Shown here one piece after another: positions 23,700 to 34,700 of a stretch of DNA of 64,000 nucleotides. Origin of the DNA: Lama glama (Eukaryota). Below the pieces are notes generated by a model that did no database searches, was not told the DNA's origin, and was given only the letters and a program-made list of their open reading frames with translations. The position numbers and the translations under genes were made by a program. Positions within the stretch are counted from its first letter, which is position 1; every line of letters begins with the position of its first letter. The stretch lies in NCBI GenBank assembly GCA_028534125.1, contig JAPYYK010000093.1:1612001-1676000 (forward strand). The letters are read 5' to 3'.

Positions 23700-26600
23700 A
23701 TGGAAGTCAACAAGAAAGTGGGGGACCCTGATCCATCAGGCCCCCAGGGCCACCCCTTGGCTGGTAGCCAGCAGCTGGGGGGTGGCCTTAGAGGGTCCCA
23801 GGGACCCTGGATAAACTCAGGATCTGTATACTTGAGGCAGGGCTTGTCACTGTCCACCAAGGCCATCACTGATGGGGCCTATGGCCCAGCCTCCCAGACC
23901 CACACCCTCAAGCCCACTCACCAGCAACTCCAGGACCCTGCTGAGGTTAGCTCCCAATGTGGCTGTGAGCAGGCCTCCCAGGATGCCCTGACCCTCTCCT
24001 CCACTAGCCCGTTTCCAAGCCCCGTCGTGGGAGCCCAAACACATCTCAACATGGAGAACAGGACCCTGGCCTTACCTGTGTGCACGCGCAGTGACGGTAC
24101 CAGTGACATGGCCCAGCACGGACTCTGCTGCTCCCGGCTTCAGGTGCAGATTTCGGGGGAGGGCAAGGCTCCAGCTAAAGTTCTAGTAGGCTGGGGCAGA
24201 GGCCCCTGCAGCCCTGATCAGATAGCCCCAATGGGCATTAGAAAGAGCCGGTGGCTACCCTGTTTTCTTCCGGGGGAGGATGGCTCAGCTGCAGCCCAAG
24301 TTCCTCTTCTGGCCCCAGTGCAAGATCAGGGCCAGGACAAGTGTCCATGTCCAACTCAGGCTCCTCCAGCTTCAACTCAGGCAAATATTCCAGCTCTGGA
24401 TACAACCCCAATATCAGTAGCAGTTGAAACTTACACCTGCAACCTCGACCCCCTGACTAATACTAATGCCATCACCAAGGGCCTGTCCCAAGACCTCTTT
24501 CCCAGGAATCATGGCAATCAATGGTCAATCTACTCGGAGTCTTCCAAAGGGGTCACATCCTGCCAGGACAAAGTGAATTTCCATTCTCAGGATGAGCCTC
24601 CCACCCCAGCACCCACTCCAAATCAGTCCCCAGACCAGGCCCAGGAGCTCGAGGTTGCCAGAAGGCTTGTGTTACCCAAGCAGCCTGAAAACCAACTGGA
24701 GAAGCCCCTGGTCTGTACCTCCAGGCCAAGCAGCCCAAAACCAGGCTCAGGGCCCCCAGGGACCCCCAAGTCCCAGAGGGGTAGCCAGGAGATCTGCAGC
24801 TCTCAGCCAGATCAGCAGCCCTTCAATGTTTGCGACAACACCTGCTCCAAAGTGCCCCTGTCTGCCCACCAAGTAAACTACCACAAGCAGTCCCCGGCAG
24901 AGACTCCCAGGGAAGCCATGCAGATACCCCTCTCCAGTGCCCCTACCTGTCAGCTCCAGGATGCTGTAGAAGACCGTGTGCTGGTGTTTGATATGGCCAC
25001 AGGCAATACCAGGATGGGGCTACTGTGCCACGACCCCATGGGCTCACGCGCAGTGCTGGTGGGCCTCATGCCCAGCCACTCATCCATCCGTGCCTCTGAA
25101 AATACGCTGTCTACCCGGCCATTAGCCATGCCCATTCTCTCCCCTGACAGCAATCGCTCCAGCCTCTGGTCTACCACGCCCATGGTGTCCAGCCCTGTGC
25201 CCTCTAGCCTTTCATCTGGAAGCTACCGAGAGGTGGCCCTGGTTCCCAAGGAGGCCAGGGTCAACCTGGAGTCAGTGGACTCCCCTGGTACTGAGACACC
25301 CATCAGGATGGGGATGCTCACTGGGCCCATTCCACTGGGGATGCCCCTCCAATTTGGAGAGAGGACACTTAGCCATGCCCATGGTCCTGGCTGGTCCAAA
25401 CCTGATGCTGAAAAAAATGAAGCTAGTCGCACCATCTGGATGCTGGATGCCTCCAGGATGCAGAATACCTCTATGGTCCAGGCCAAGAAATTGCAGTGGA
25501 TGAACTCAGAGCAGAGCCCAGAGCATGTACCACCAGCCAAAACCCAGGATGTGCCCAGACCCCAGCTCCAGAAGGATGTAGGCAGCAACGGTCAGAAAGA
25601 GGTCATTACTCCTCATCCTGACCACCCTCAGGTCCAAGATGCTGGGCAGGGTCCCCTCGGTGGTCAGCCCCCACTAGCCGAGAAGTGTACCCTCGCCAGA
25701 CAGCCCCCTTCAACCAGTCAGCCTCCTTCTGCAGAGCACTGTCCCCACACCAGGCAGACCTACCTTTCGGGACAGCCACCCCTAGCTGAGCAGGCCCCCT
25801 CCACCAAGCAGACTTGCCTTCTTGGTCAGCCCCCTCTTCCTGGGACACCTAATGGCAGGCAGCTTTCTCTCACTTTGCAGCCTCCCTTTTCCCAAGTGCC
25901 TCCCATCTCCACTGTGCCTACCCTCTCACGAGGGCCCCCTGCCACTAGGGAACCTGGTCAGGCCTCCACCTTGTGCCAGGAACATGAGCCCTTGGGCCAA
26001 CGTACCCACGTGGGGGTGGTTCGGGTGCCCCTGCCCCCCGAGGAGACCTGTGTCTCTGTGAACAGAGAAAAAGTTGGTGCCAGTGCTACTCAAAGCTCCA
26101 GCACACATCAGCTCTCATCCTGGCAACCTGGCTGCTCTCCCAGGGCCCAAGAGGCGCAGCTGTCCCTGATCCCATTCACCACATCTGGCACTGGTTGCAA
26201 GGTCTTGCCCATGGCCATGGTGGGCCCTGAGCCCCAGGGTCCCCGGTTCAAGCTGACAGCTGAGGACATTACACACTCACAAGTGGTCGCACACCTTGGT
26301 CTGCTCCGAGGGGCCTGCTATGAGCTGGTGCCCACCATGAACACCCTGCCAGTGCAGTCCCCAGTGCTCTGCCGCCACACTCTGGGCCCCTACCAGGACA
26401 TGGCAGCTGTGGTGATCGACACAGGCACAGGCTTCACCAAGTGTGGACTGGCTGGAGAAGACCATGTCCTGAGTGTAGTGCCCTCACGCGTACAGCTGCT
26501 CCAGCACCCGGTTCAGGGCCAGCCCAGGTATGCAGTGCCTGAGAAACGAGAGGGCTCTTACTCAGTGCTGAATCGAGGAGTGGTCTCCGACTGGGATGCG

Positions 26601-27452
26601 CTGGAGGTGCTGTGGCAGCACCTGTTCTACTGCAGGCTGGGTGTGCGGCCCGAGGAGCTGGCGGTGCTGGTAGCTGACTCACCCATCTCACCGCGCACCA
26701 ACCGAGAAAAGGTAGCTGAAATACTCTTTGAGCGTTTCCATGTGCCAGCCATGCAGACGGTGCATCAGGCCCTGCTGGCGCTCTATGCTTATGGGCGCAC
26801 CACTGGGCTGGTGCTGGGCAGTGGCCATGGCACTTCCTATGTGGCGCCCATCATCACCGGGGATCTGGCCCCACTGGACACCTACCGGCTGGATGTGGCT
26901 GGTGCTGACCTCACTGAATACCTGGCTCAGCTGTTGTTGGCAAGTGGCCACTCACCGCCCAAGGCAGAGCTGGTCAACCAGATTAAAGAGGCTTGCTGCT
27001 ATGTGGCCATGGACATGACAGCCGAGATGGCCCGTGCCCAGGCCCAGGCCCGGGTGGACTTTGTGCTTCCAGACAAGCAGGTCATCACGCTGGGCTCTGA
27101 GCGCTTCTGCTGCCCCGAGGCCCTCTTCCAGCCCAATCTGCTAGGCTTCAATCAGCCAGGCCTCCCACAACTAGCCCTCCTAAGTATCAGCCGTCTGGAG
27201 GCCAAGCAGCAGGAGCAGCTGCTGGCTAATGTGGTGCTGGATGGTGGTAGCACCCTGTTGAATGGCTTTCCTGAACGCCTGAGACAGGAACTGGGCCCTT
27301 GTGCCACTGTACTGGGCTCTCCGCACCGTGCTGTTGCTGCTTGGCTCGGAGGCTCCATCATGGTGTCCCGAGACTCCTTCCAGAGCCTGTGGCTCAGCCG
27401 CCATGAGTACGAGGAGGAGGGCCCTTGGGCCATCTACAAGTACCATCTGTGA
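23700..27452 (+). CDS. ACTL11: Actin-like protein 11; intronless, 1250 aa, long low-complexity N-terminus plus C-terminal actin fold
   Basis: Uninterrupted 3753-nt ORF with good Kozak context (actATGg). Residues 901-1250 (from 26400) are actin-like: AVVIDTGTGFTKCGLAG, RGVVSDWD, NREKVAEILFERFHVPA, QALLALYAYGRTTGLVL, LPDKQVITLGSERFCCPEALFQP, GGSTL, AAWLGGSI, EYEEEGP. Position between MST1R and CAMKV matches mouse Actl11 / human ACTL11P. Confidence 0.93.
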   Translation: MEVNKKVGDPDPSGPQGHPLAGSQQLGGGLRGSQGPWINSGSVYLRQGLSLSTKAITDGAYGPASQTHTLKPTHQQLQDPAEVSSQCGCEQASQDALTLSSTSPFPSPVVGAQTHLNMENRTLALPVCTRSDGTSDMAQHGLCCSRLQVQISGEGKAPAKVLVGWGRGPCSPDQIAPMGIRKSRWLPCFLPGEDGSAAAQVPLLAPVQDQGQDKCPCPTQAPPASTQANIPALDTTPISVAVETYTCNLDPLTNTNAITKGLSQDLFPRNHGNQWSIYSESSKGVTSCQDKVNFHSQDEPPTPAPTPNQSPDQAQELEVARRLVLPKQPENQLEKPLVCTSRPSSPKPGSGPPGTPKSQRGSQEICSSQPDQQPFNVCDNTCSKVPLSAHQVNYHKQSPAETPREAMQIPLSSAPTCQLQDAVEDRVLVFDMATGNTRMGLLCHDPMGSRAVLVGLMPSHSSIRASENTLSTRPLAMPILSPDSNRSSLWSTTPMVSSPVPSSLSSGSYREVALVPKEARVNLESVDSPGTETPIRMGMLTGPIPLGMPLQFGERTLSHAHGPGWSKPDAEKNEASRTIWMLDASRMQNTSMVQAKKLQWMNSEQSPEHVPPAKTQDVPRPQLQKDVGSNGQKEVITPHPDHPQVQDAGQGPLGGQPPLAEKCTLARQPPSTSQPPSAEHCPHTRQTYLSGQPPLAEQAPSTKQTCLLGQPPLPGTPNGRQLSLTLQPPFSQVPPISTVPTLSRGPPATREPGQASTLCQEHEPLGQRTHVGVVRVPLPPEETCVSVNREKVGASATQSSSTHQLSSWQPGCSPRAQEAQLSLIPFTTSGTGCKVLPMAMVGPEPQGPRFKLTAEDITHSQVVAHLGLLRGACYELVPTMNTLPVQSPVLCRHTLGPYQDMAAVVIDTGTGFTKCGLAGEDHVLSVVPSRVQLLQHPVQGQPRYAVPEKREGSYSVLNRGVVSDWDALEVLWQHLFYCRLGVRPEELAVLVADSPISPRTNREKVAEILFERFHVPAMQTVHQALLALYAYGRTTGLVLGSGHGTSYVAPIITGDLAPLDTYRLDVAGADLTEYLAQLLLASGHSPPKAELVNQIKEACCYVAMDMTAEMARAQAQARVDFVLPDKQVITLGSERFCCPEALFQPNLLGFNQPGLPQLALLSISRLEAKQQEQLLANVVLDGGSTLLNGFPERLRQELGPCATVLGSPHRAVAAWLGGSIMVSRDSFQSLWLSRHEYEEEGPWAIYKYHL

Positions 27453-27732
27453 GCACATAAAAGTTCTGGTTCTGCTTACTTTGACCACTGTGGCACATTT
27501 TAGGCAGAGGGTGGTGGAGGGAAGGGCAGGAGTCCAGGCATGGGGTCAGAGATGGAGGGCTTGGCACTCTCAAGGCACCCCCTGCTTCCACACACTGGAA
27601 TTCCAGGGGCCTTGGCAAGCCTATCCCTTCCAGAGCCCCAGAGCCCCTTGCCTGGCACTGGCCCTGGTCTAACCTGACCTTTACTGCACCCCAAGGGCAA
27701 CTACAGAGAGTGGCTGCTGTGGGTTTTGCCCT

Positions 27733-27788
27733 GTTGCCCTGGTGACAAGCTCAATTACCCTTGATTGCCAGCTGGTTGCCATGGCAAT
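27733..27788. promoter_or_regulatory. Paired RFX X-boxes downstream of ACTL11
   Basis: GTTGCCCTGGTGAC (27733-27746) and GTTGCCATGGCAAT (27775-27788). Confidence 0.6.
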
Positions 27789-30599
27789 TTCAAACATAAT
27801 GTAATAACCCACACAGCCTGGAGTGAGTCATGAAGTGGGGGGAACAGCCCCCTCCCCTAGCTCCAGAAGAAAAGACTGCTTGCCTTCCCCCACCTTGGGC
27901 CCTCTATAAGGGGCTGAGGCCAGGAAACTTGACAACAGCCAAAGGGTTCCACAGATGGCTGGGAGCATTTGTTGCCCCCAAGGGAGGATACCTGTCAGAG
28001 TCTGGACTTCTTGGGGAGCTGGCCTGGTAATGCAGTTACCACATAATTCTGAAGCTTGGCTGGAGCTCCATGCTGGGTTGGCAGGGGCTATAGCAGCCAG
28101 TCAGAATTTGAAGGTATAGGAGTGCTGGCTTCTGGTGTCCTGGGACAGGAAATCCAGGTAGTGGTGCAGATAAATCCTGGAACTTGGGTGGGAGGTACAA
28201 CCTGAGCTGGGGGAGGAGGCTCTGGCCTGCTTTGTAGTCTCTAGGTATGGAGGCTCACACCTAATCTTGTCTCTATCTAGCTCCATTGGGAGCTGGAACT
28301 GTTCACTTTGGGCTCCCTTCTCCTCTTCAGCCTCCCAACCCATGCAGCCCCTGCCCACAAGGAGGCTGGGGTGCAGGCCTCCTCAGGAGACCCTCATAGA
28401 GACTATGGGGCAATGCCAGTGCCAATGCCAACTGCCCCTGCTCCTGTCCTCAACTCCACCCTGTGCTGAAGGACCTCCCGCCCTCCTTCTGGCCATGCAG
28501 GTGGCTAGAAATCATGGCCCCTGAACTTGTCTGGCTCTAAAGAGTACAGTGAGTAATAAAGCTCTGTGTCAGCCCAGTCCCTGGCCTGGAAGAGCTGAGA
28601 GAAGGCATTCAGCTGGTGTTGCTACTTCCTGCCTGGAGGGCAGCTGCAGGTTGAAGCCAAAACACTGAAACCCTACCTGGCCTGTGCCCCTCTGGCTGGG
28701 AGCTGAGAGACAAGCCATACCCCTGTCCCAACCCTGGGTTCTTGTTTTTAGGTTGCCCTTGCCACAAAGGGCAAAGACCCGGCTACACCCACACACATCT
28801 GAGAGTGAGGGGCTGCCCTAGAAATAGCCAATGATATAGGGTCACCCCAGCGCCTGTCCACCCTTGGGCATGGTCCACCCTCTTCCTATGTCCTGCTGTC
28901 ACACCCTGAGTCAGCCTCCACAATCCTGAGGCCTGTGTCAGGCAGGAAGGGGACCCATGGCTCTAGGGACTAGCTACAGCGTCTATGTGCCTACGCGAGC
29001 AGGCATGCCTGGGTGCACACAGAATGCAAACACACGTGCCCCTAGGCACCACCACACACACTGTGCTCTTGCCATCTCCCATGGCATAAGAGCACACACA
29101 CACACAGATGTACTCACACGTGTGCACATACACCCTGCCACGTGCTTTCACCCACAGGCACATGGAGTGTGCACGGGACCAAGAAGAGGTGGAGCACTGC
29201 CAGCAGTAGGCAGGGCTCTCGCAAGCTACCTCTTCCTTGCCTCTAAATCCCCCACATTTCAGCTTCTCTTTGGCCCAGCTTCTCTGTGCCTGGATGGTCG
29301 TGACCTTCAGGAAAAGCAGAAAATGTGTGTGACGTGTGTGGGGTCAGCAGGCCATGGTTCAGCTGTACCAGAGAACTCAGAGAATCACTGTTTCAATGAC
29401 AGTGGGCAGACAGCAGGTAGGACTGAGAGCCAGGCCATTTATTCATTCTGCAGACACGAACTGAGCATACTGAGATGCCACACAGGCTCTTGTGCCTTTA
29501 GCTCTGGGCACAAGGTGTCCAGCTTGCCAGGAGATTCCTACCCACGGGTGGAGTTGGTGCCATGATTCAGACCACCCAGAGCCCAGGGAGCCTGGCCTGG
29601 AAGAGGTGACCCAAAGCCAGGGAAGGATGTGAAGGACTCCTCCTCAACACCCACTTTGTAGATAGATATTGAAGGGATCCTGTTTGGGCAGTCATCTCCC
29701 AGACTAGACTTCTAGCCACAGCCCCAGCCCTAACTTCCTGACTTGGGTAGTTGCTCCTATCAGCAGCTATGGGGAACTATGCAGGGGAGACTTATTCAAC
29801 ATGGCCAAGGGCTTGGAGACGATCCCACCCAGGATGAGGTCAGGAGGCTCACTGAGCGGGTTCGTGCCGGCTGGCACCCGACTCCAGGCATAGAGAAGCC
29901 TAAGTCTGACCTTCAAAAAGTGGCCTCAAGGTTTGTGAAGGTGGCAGGGCAAGCATTAGGTCCCTATGCCTCCCTGACAAGGGACAGAGAAATGGCCTAG
30001 GACTTCCTGGCAATTCTCAGCCTCCTCCCATCAGGGGCCAGGTTGGTGGGGCTCCTTGGTGCTGTTGTTTTCCTGTATCCCCATATGCCAGCCCAGACCA
30101 CCAATAGGGATGCCACTAATGCAACGTTCAAGGGGGATTAAACCGGAAAGAAAGCAGAGTCTACACCATGTCATAGGTAACATTTATAGCTTGGGAAATT
30201 CAGTGCCACACAGGAGGGGGCAGACTCAGTCAGCCACCCTGGCTGGGACATGGGGAAGGGAAAGGCTTTGACCTTTCAGGAGTGGAGGGTAGTGTAGGGA
30301 AGGACACTGCCAACCAAGGTGTGGAGCCCTCACTTGTACTCCCCTCCCCGTGTGTTTATTAGCTGGGCGGGGGCAGTCTGCAGTGCAGCTTGCCCTAGCG
30401 ACTGCCCACTTGGTTCTTCTAAGTGGGTTCTGCTCTTTGAGTCAGGTTTTGGGAGCTGTGAGCTCCGCTTGCTTAGGGACTGCTACCTGCCAAGACACTC
30501 CTATGCAGCTCCAGGACTCAGGCTTTCCCCACACCTTCTACAATGGGCATATGAAGGCCCCTCAGGTCCCCGTTTCCCCGTCAGTCCGAGGGCCTAGGA

Positions 30600-31700
30600 G
30601 AGCCTTTGAGAGCCTAGCCCCGGTCCGGCAGGCTAGTATTCACCGACTTCTGCTACCCCTCATCAGCTGGCTTTCGAGTGGGATTCCAGCCTCAAGCTCC
30701 TCCAGGGTCGGGGCGGAGCATGCTGAGGGAGGCCCCGCCCCCAGCCCGCCCCCGGCCCGGGGTGCGAATCCGATGCAGGCGAGCGGCGGGAGATGCTGGA
30801 GGTTCGCAAGCCGAAGTGGCTGCAGCTGGCGCCGCGTCTGCCCCGCGTGCCCGGAGCGGATTCTGCCCGCCGCCCCCGGAGCCCTCGGAGCCCCTCTGAA
30901 CCCGCGATCGCTTCCTCTCTGTGACAGACCAGCGCTGCAGGTGAGGGGTGAGCCAGGAAGAGGGGGCGCCCCCCGAACGCATATTGTGGGGTCTTAGGGG
31001 ATTGGGTCTTTGGCTCGAGGTTCGGGTAGCCAAGTGCGCGGGGGTGCTGCGAGGGCTTGGGGTCCTGGCGGGGGCAGAGCACGCGGGCTCTGCAGATCCG
31101 GGGTTCGGCTTGCGGGGTTGGGCTAAAGTTCCCCGTCACCTCGGACGGCTCAGGGGTCCCAGGGGAAACCTCTAAGACTCAAGTCTAGGCCAGTCTCCCC
31201 TGCTTGTTCCCCATCCTACCCCCCGTCTCGCTGGGCTCCTAATTGTGAAAACATTAACCCTCCAACATTCGTGGTGCCCCTTGGCGGTAGGGGCCGAGGG
31301 CTCAGCTGCCCCTCCGGACTCCCAGAGCCGCCTCCTGCCCCTCCCAACTGCCCCCTGCCCCCTCCCTCCCGCGAAGCAGTCACTAATTTCCATGACAACG
31401 GAGAGTTCTTTATGGGCGACAACCTGAAGGGGGCTGGGCGGGGCTGCTGCGGGGTGGGGGAGCAGGCTCAAGCCCCTGAGGACCAGCAGCCCCCAAGCCA
31501 AGATCCAGCTTCCGAGCCTTAACACGGGGGCCTGCCGGGTGTCCAGGGCACCCACCCAGAGCTGCGCAGTGGGGGTGGGGGGCGCACATGTTTCTGCTGG
31601 GAGGTGCGGGCTTGGTGCTCACACGTGTGCCTTCCGCATGTGTGTTGCTGTGCCAGCGGGGGCGAGTCAGCAGCACTGGGGAAGGGGGTCAGGGTGGCAG
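30600..31700 (+). promoter_or_regulatory. CAMKV: CAMKV CpG-island promoter and non-coding exon 1 (donor after 30940)
   Basis: CpG-rich island; GC boxes at about 30709-30755; strong donor CAG|GTGAGG at 30940/30941. About 7 kb intron to the ATG-containing exon. Confidence 0.75.
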
Positions 31701-34700
31701 CACGATGGGGAGCAGGGCCCCTGGCTGGCTGGGTGAACAATGAGCCACTGAGTTTCTGCCTTCCCCAGCCTGTGGTGTCTGGCAGAGACCCTAGGCTCTC
31801 CCAGTCCCCCATAGCTCTACCAAACTGCTTTTGTCCGCACCCCCTAGGCAGAGCTTGCTCCACCAGGTTCCCTCGTAGGGAGCTGGGCTCTCTGTCCCTC
31901 ACCAAAACCTCAGTCTGCAGCAGTCCAGCCCCTGTTCTGACCCTCCTCCAAGGCCCAGGCTTTGAGCCCCCAAAGGACCGCCTGTGGTGACCTGGTGCCC
32001 TCACCCACAACTGAGTCCTATCAGCTTTGGGCACCTGCTGGGCCCCAGTTTCCTCAAGTGGGGAATTGATGTCTCCACTCCCCTCAGTGTCAGGCTGGCC
32101 CTGGGGTGGAGTAGAGGCTCCTTTCCCTTTTACAGCATTTGGTGTGGGCCCTCAGGTGCCATAGGCTGCCTTTCCTGTATCAGCTACTGGCCCTTCTCGG
32201 CAGCCCTTGTGCTGGCCACCACTCACTAGCAGGTGGGCAGTCCTTGCCCTGGGAGAAGGCCACAGAGTCAGTGATCTCCATCCAGGGAAACTGAGGCCGA
32301 GTGGGAGGGGGAATGCTGTGTAGTTGTTATCCTATTTCTAGGTTGCTCAGGGTGCTGTTTCTGGCCCTCAGACAGAATCCATTGTCAGGGAGGGGGATGG
32401 CAGTGACAGGGAATTAGGCTGAGCTGCAAGAGAGGCCCTGGGGACCCAAGGCCTCTAGAGGACAGCGGGATCGGGTTGGGGGTGGCTAGGGAGTCTAGGC
32501 ATAGCTGGGTCAGCTAAGAGGAGGGGCTGTAAAGTGAAACAGCTAGGTCTCCAAGCTTCATTTCCATCCCCCATGCCTGTGCCTTCGACATGGTGGACCT
32601 GCCTTACTTAAGCTGCCGTGATGACAGGGAGAGGGGCTGAGGAACTGTTCCAACTGAGGGGACTGCAACAGCTGGCCTCTTCCCCAGGGCTACTGCTGTC
32701 CCACACCACGTTCAGTGCATGTCTAGGGGGATACAGGAGGGTTCCTTCTCAAAGGTCCAGGCACCAGGGGCAGCTCCTGGCCCAGGTGTTCAGAGCACAT
32801 GGTCATGGAGGCCTTAGGGCCCTGCTGGGCACCCATGGGCCCCTTCAACCCCCCTGCCCCCCTTCCCTCCTGTGTCCTTGTGCCTGTGTCCTTTTTACTC
32901 TGTCGCCTCTTTGCTCCCCTTCCATTGCAGGTTCTGCCTTTGTCTCTCTGTGTCCCTGCCCCCTCTCTCTTTTCTAAAGTCTCGCAGCTCCCCACTGCCC
33001 CTTTCTTCATAGGGACCAGGGTCACAGAACCCATGGGGAAGGAATCAGGCCAAAGTCTCAGGGAATTCTTGGAGAAAGGGTTTAAACAACGTCTCTCCCC
33101 TCCCCTCCCCTTTTTAAAAACTTCCATCACCATAGCAACCCTTTACTCTGGGGCCTTCCCTGCATTTCCCCTCCTCCACCCACAGGGAAGCAGGGCCCCT
33201 AGTGGATTTTCCTTCAGGGGCTCAAAGATTGGAACTCCAGGTGCCTGGAAGGGGCCAGTTGGCTCTTGGCTCTGCCTGCATATTGAAGGCTGAACTTTCT
33301 GGAGGCAGCACTGGATTGTGTGCCACCCCTGAGACTAGAGAGCACCCAACCCCCACATCCTCCCTCATTAGACAGGAGAGAGTCAGTAGGAACTATGGAC
33401 CATGGTTTAGCTAGAGCCTGAGGCCCAGCCAGGGCAACACCCTGCCCAGTTACCCAAAGCAATTGGATAGTGGGCAGGAAGCTGGACTCTGTCTTGTGAC
33501 ACTAAACACTAAGAGTGAAGTCTCTGATTCTGCCTGTCTTGTTGCTGAAGACTTGGCTGTCGCCTGCGCAGGGCTTGGGCCTAGGCATGTCTATTACAGC
33601 AGGAAGCCGAGGCCCGGTCCCTGAGAGGAGAGCAGGGAAGGGGAGCGGGTGCTTGCAGACTGGTGTTCACAGCTACCACTAAATCAGGAGGTGTTGCCCA
33701 CAGTTAGTTGTTGGGAGGCAACCGGAGGCCTCCTGGGCCCCTCCAGGCCTCTCTAGATTTGCTGCAAGGCCTGGAGCCCCACATGGAGAGGACCAGGGTG
33801 GCAGGAAACTCCTGATTATGGCTACGAAAGCTACAGCCTGAACCAGGCTGAACCCAGTGCAGGAGGGGCTAGGACTCTAATGTGGGACCCTTTGGCCTCT
33901 GGAGCTGGCCTCTGTCCCATTCCAGCTCCCCCTGGGCCCTGCTTGCCTTAGGCTGCAGTAGGGCCCCTAGGGGACCATTTATTACCAAGGCACCAGCAGG
34001 CAGAGACTCCCTCAGCATTGTCTGAGGGGTCAGACCTGAGAATCAGGCAGTGGCTAGGGAATGCTTGGCCCTCAGACTCCCTTAGAGGCTCCCCCAGGCC
34101 CTGCACTTCCCCCAAGCTCCCTTTGGACAGCCCCCTGTGCACAACATTCAATTTCTCAGTTTCTCTGCAGAGGATGGAAGGAACCATGTCTCTAGGGAAA
34201 CAGTGCTATGGGGCTTCTGTGCCCTCCCATGTCCCACTGTGGGACTGAGGCCTAGCCCAGGTCCTGTGTCATGGGAGGAGAGCACTCTACTGTTGGATGT
34301 GGAATCTGTGCTGTTCAGGCCATGGGGGTGAGAAATGCAAACCCCCTTTCTGTCTGGCCTTCTACTGTTCTTAAAGCTGTCCCTCAGCTGTTACTCCCAA
34401 CTTTGGGGCCAGGGACCCCCTTGTTGCAAGCAGGTGTCAGGGGCTTGGTACGTACACCACACTGGAAGCCTCCCAGGCAGCAGCGGTGGGTAGCAGATGG
34501 TAAAGTGGGTGGGGGTGGAGGAGACCAAGATACTAATTGGAAGCAGCCCTCCTTTCTCCTCTCTTTGCCCTGGGGCCAGGTTGGAGGTGGAGGCAAAAGT
34601 GAGTGCAGTGATGCTGGTGAGGAGAAGCAGTCACTGGCTGAGATCAGTGCAACCGTGGTAGGGGGAAGGCAGATCCACCCCACCCCCTGCCATAAGGTTT

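Noticed and set aside
28957-29565. 202-aa ORF with His/Thr-rich start
   Set aside because: It derives from CA-rich low-complexity sequence, with no homology that I recognise.
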